DNA of 59,866 bases from Mycobacteriales bacterium (lineage in GTDB: Bacteria > Actinomycetota > Actinomycetes > Mycobacteriales > SCTD01): the NCBI GenBank assembly GCA_046595615.1, contig JBKJOO010000147.1, positions 1-59,866 on the forward strand, written 5' to 3'. A program made the position numbers and the translations under genes. The notes below the pieces were generated by a model that was not told the DNA's origin, searched no databases, and saw only the letters and a program-made list of their open reading frames with translations. Shown here piece after piece: positions 57,770-59,866 of the stretch (position 1 is its first letter; every line of letters begins with the position of its first letter).

Positions 57770-58410
57770 CTACGGGGAAGGTTGCAGCAGTTTCGTGAGG
57801 TCCGGCGCTGGGCGACCGGTTCGGCGTATGGCGGCTTGCAGGTCGTCGGCAAGTGCCCGTCTCCTCTGGCGCGGCGCGGGTGTGGGCGGCGAACCACAGT
57901 TCGCCTCGGGGCCCGGCCAGTACCCGTCGCCAGGAGTTGACCGCGAATGCTGCCGGCAGCCGGAGGTACAGGGGTCGCCAGGTTGGCGGGGATCTCGGTG
58001 TTCCCGTCGGCTCGCAGGGCCCGGAACGACTGGCGGGTGGCACGCACCATTAATGTAACGGTGTCGCGGTCGGCTGCCCGTCGAGAGGGATCGGCATCGA
58101 CCCGGTAGAGGGCGAAGGCGATCGGTACGACGAACGCGGCGTGTCCCAGCAACCAGCCTTTGATGTCGTCGGTGATCGTGGTCGGGAAGCCTGCGCCCTG
58201 CAGCACCGTCCTGAGTTGTCGTGTGCGGCGGGTGGTCGCGCCGTTCGGTTCGCCGAGCATCGTCTGCTGATGGCTGATCAGCACGTAGCGGATGATCGAG
58301 CCGTCCCGGACGCCACTGGCCGCGGGGAAACCGAACAGGGCGCGGTCTCCGAGGGCCTGGACGAGCTGCGCCTGACGGCCGGTCGCAATCTGCCGGGCGA
58401 CAAGATCGCC
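57770..58410 (-). pseudogene. Ketopantoate-reductase-family pseudogene (N-terminally truncated, at least 2 frameshifts)
   Basis: Three reading frames together reconstruct ..ALFGFPAASGVRDGSIIRYVLISHQQT..VLQGAGFPTTITDDIKGWLLGHAAFV..FRALRADGNTEIPANL | RPLYLRLPAAFAVNSWRRVLAGPRGELWFAAHTRAAPEE | ..LADDLQAAIRRTGRPAPDLTKLL*. This is collinear with the intact gene at 43332-44312. The Rossmann domain is missing. Confidence 0.6.
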
Positions 58411-58486
58411 TCATCCGATGCGGCTGGGCTGGGAGAATGCCGCCGCGCCTCCCGTGGCTTCGGTGCCCCGCTCAACCCGGGGCGGT

Positions 58487-59725
58487 TCAGCGAAACAGGC
58501 GGACGCAGTCGCCGCCGTGGCGCTTCGCGTCGTACATCGCGGTATCGGCGGCCAGCAGCAGCTCGTCCGATCGCTGTGGCGCGCTGCCGACCGAGATACC
58601 GACGCTGGCCGACACCGCGACCTGCTTCCCGTCCACCGTGAAGGGCGTCACGAAGGCCTCAATCAGCCGTTCGCTGAGCAGCGTCACTGAAGCGCCCGGC
58701 TCCACGCCCGGCCAGACGACGACGAACTCGTCACCCGAGAGCCGCGCGAGGGTGTCCCCGGCGCGCAGGTGCCCCTTGAGCCGCCCGCTGATCTGCTGGA
58801 GCAGCGCGTCCCCGGCGGCGTGGCCGAGGCTGTCATTGATCCGCTTGAACTGGTCGAGGTCCAGGAAGGCGACGCCCACCGAGCTCTGCAACCGAGCGCT
58901 CCGCGCGAGCGCGTGGTCCAGGCGGTCGATGAGCAGCAGCCGGTTCGGAAGTCCGGTAAGCGGGTCGTGCAGCGCCTGCTGCCACAGCGCCTGCTGCACC
59001 TTGCGCAACGCCGTCACGTCGACGTGGCTCACCACGGCCCCCCGTTCAGCATTCACCTGAGCGGGCGAGATGCGCACGCTGTACCAGCGCTGCAGCGCCG
59101 GGGCATGGCACGGGTAGTCGTGCTGGAAGCGCTCCAGCGTCCCGTCCAGCACACCGCGCAGCCCGGCGGCGACGTCGCTGGCGTCGATCGCGTCCAGCGT
59201 CCCGGGGCTGCCGACTGCGGCGGCGTCGCAGGCCTTGAGGTAGTTGGCGCCCTCCTGCGTGTCCTCCGGCCGGCCGCCCCCCTGCTGCGCGAACGCACGC
59301 CAGGCCCGGTTCACCATGACGATGCGTCCATCGGACCAGACCGAGCAGGTCGGCGCCTCTATCGCGTCAAGCAGGCTGTCGGACTCCAGGACGGCTGCAC
59401 CCGACGCCCGCCTGCGTCCCCGGACCGCCTGCGCGGCGGCCACGGCGAGCGGGCCGCCTCCCGGTGCGCCCTCGAGCAGCGTCCAGACCGAACCGTCACC
59501 GGCCCGCACAAGCACCAGTCCAGCGTGCAGGTGCGTCAGCTGGTGCAGCCCCTGCGTGCCGACGTGCTCCACCGGCAGCAGCAGAACGTCGTACGCCGTG
59601 GTGGCCAGCCGGTGCAGCGCCTGGTTGACGTCGGCCGCGCGGTCCAGAACCACGGTGGGCGGGCCCACCTGCATCGCAGCGGACAGCGAGCCGTCGTCCT
59701 GCACCACCAGCACCCGCAGAGTCAT
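58487..59725 (-). CDS. Diguanylate cyclase: REC-like / PAS / GGDEF
   Basis: ORF 58487..59770 trimmed to MTLRVLVVQDDG. Contains HDPLTGLPNR, the active-site variant SGDEF, an upstream RAGD I-site, and AADTAMYDAKRHG. Confidence 0.85.
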   Translation of the reverse strand: MTLRVLVVQDDGSLSAAMQVGPPTVVLDRAADVNQALHRLATTAYDVLLLPVEHVGTQGLHQLTHLHAGLVLVRAGDGSVWTLLEGAPGGGPLAVAAAQAVRGRRRASGAAVLESDSLLDAIEAPTCSVWSDGRIVMVNRAWRAFAQQGGGRPEDTQEGANYLKACDAAAVGSPGTLDAIDASDVAAGLRGVLDGTLERFQHDYPCHAPALQRWYSVRISPAQVNAERGAVVSHVDVTALRKVQQALWQQALHDPLTGLPNRLLLIDRLDHALARSARLQSSVGVAFLDLDQFKRINDSLGHAAGDALLQQISGRLKGHLRAGDTLARLSGDEFVVVWPGVEPGASVTLLSERLIEAFVTPFTVDGKQVAVSASVGISVGSAPQRSDELLLAADTAMYDAKRHGGDCVRLFR

Positions 59726-59866
59726 GCGTCCGGGTCCGGCCCGTCGGGACAGCCAACGTCCGGCTGGCACGCCGACGCTCCTACGACCATCGCCAGTCCT
59801 GACTCCAGAAGCGGACCGAGTCCTCCGGCAGGGGACCCGCCGAACCTACGCCCCGGCAGGCCCCGG

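Overview
This is a very GC-rich, actinobacterial-type chromosomal window. The gene content looks like Nocardioidaceae or Propionibacteriales, but that is a low-confidence guess. Many long ORFs in the six-frame track are antisense artefacts of the GC bias. I called about 40 genes by recognisable protein families, start-codon and RBS context, and 4-nt stop/start overlaps.

- **1-34.7 kb, housekeeping and core metabolism:** RecQ (partial), the bfaA/bfaB-like 10-methyl fatty-acid pair, acyl-CoA dehydrogenase, a DUF349 protein, TrmB, two tandem sigma-70 paralogs, aconitase, a DEAD-box helicase, aldehyde dehydrogenase, enoyl-CoA hydratase, a CoA-transferase, an AtuA / geranylgeranyl-reductase / FAD-oxidoreductase / GT-C operon, a lytic transglycosylase, and a TetR/MDR pair.
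- **34.7-36.1 kb, decayed junction:** no intact gene. It holds an ECF sigma pseudogene and frame-broken fragments.
- **36.1-56.2 kb, the stand-out feature:** a compact biosynthetic island. A six-gene, translationally coupled minus-strand operon encodes a type I PKS (KS-AT-DH-KR-ACP), an NRPS (C-A-T-R), an MDR reductase, a KPR-like reductase, a DHA2 MFS exporter, and an 1861-aa eukaryote-type single-chain biotin carboxylase. The carboxylase's BC domain carries substitutions at three universally conserved catalytic positions. A divergent Sfp-type PPTase completes the island.
- **56.2-58.5 kb, second decayed junction:** a lipoprotein gene, a serine-recombinase remnant, and a KPR-like pseudogene.
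- **58.5-59.8 kb:** a REC-like/PAS/GGDEF protein.

A 64-bp palindromic repeat occurs twice, at 21.1 kb and 24.4 kb. No rRNA, tRNA or CRISPR array was found. Coordinates of internal starts and domains were derived by codon arithmetic from the ORF track and may be off by a few nt.
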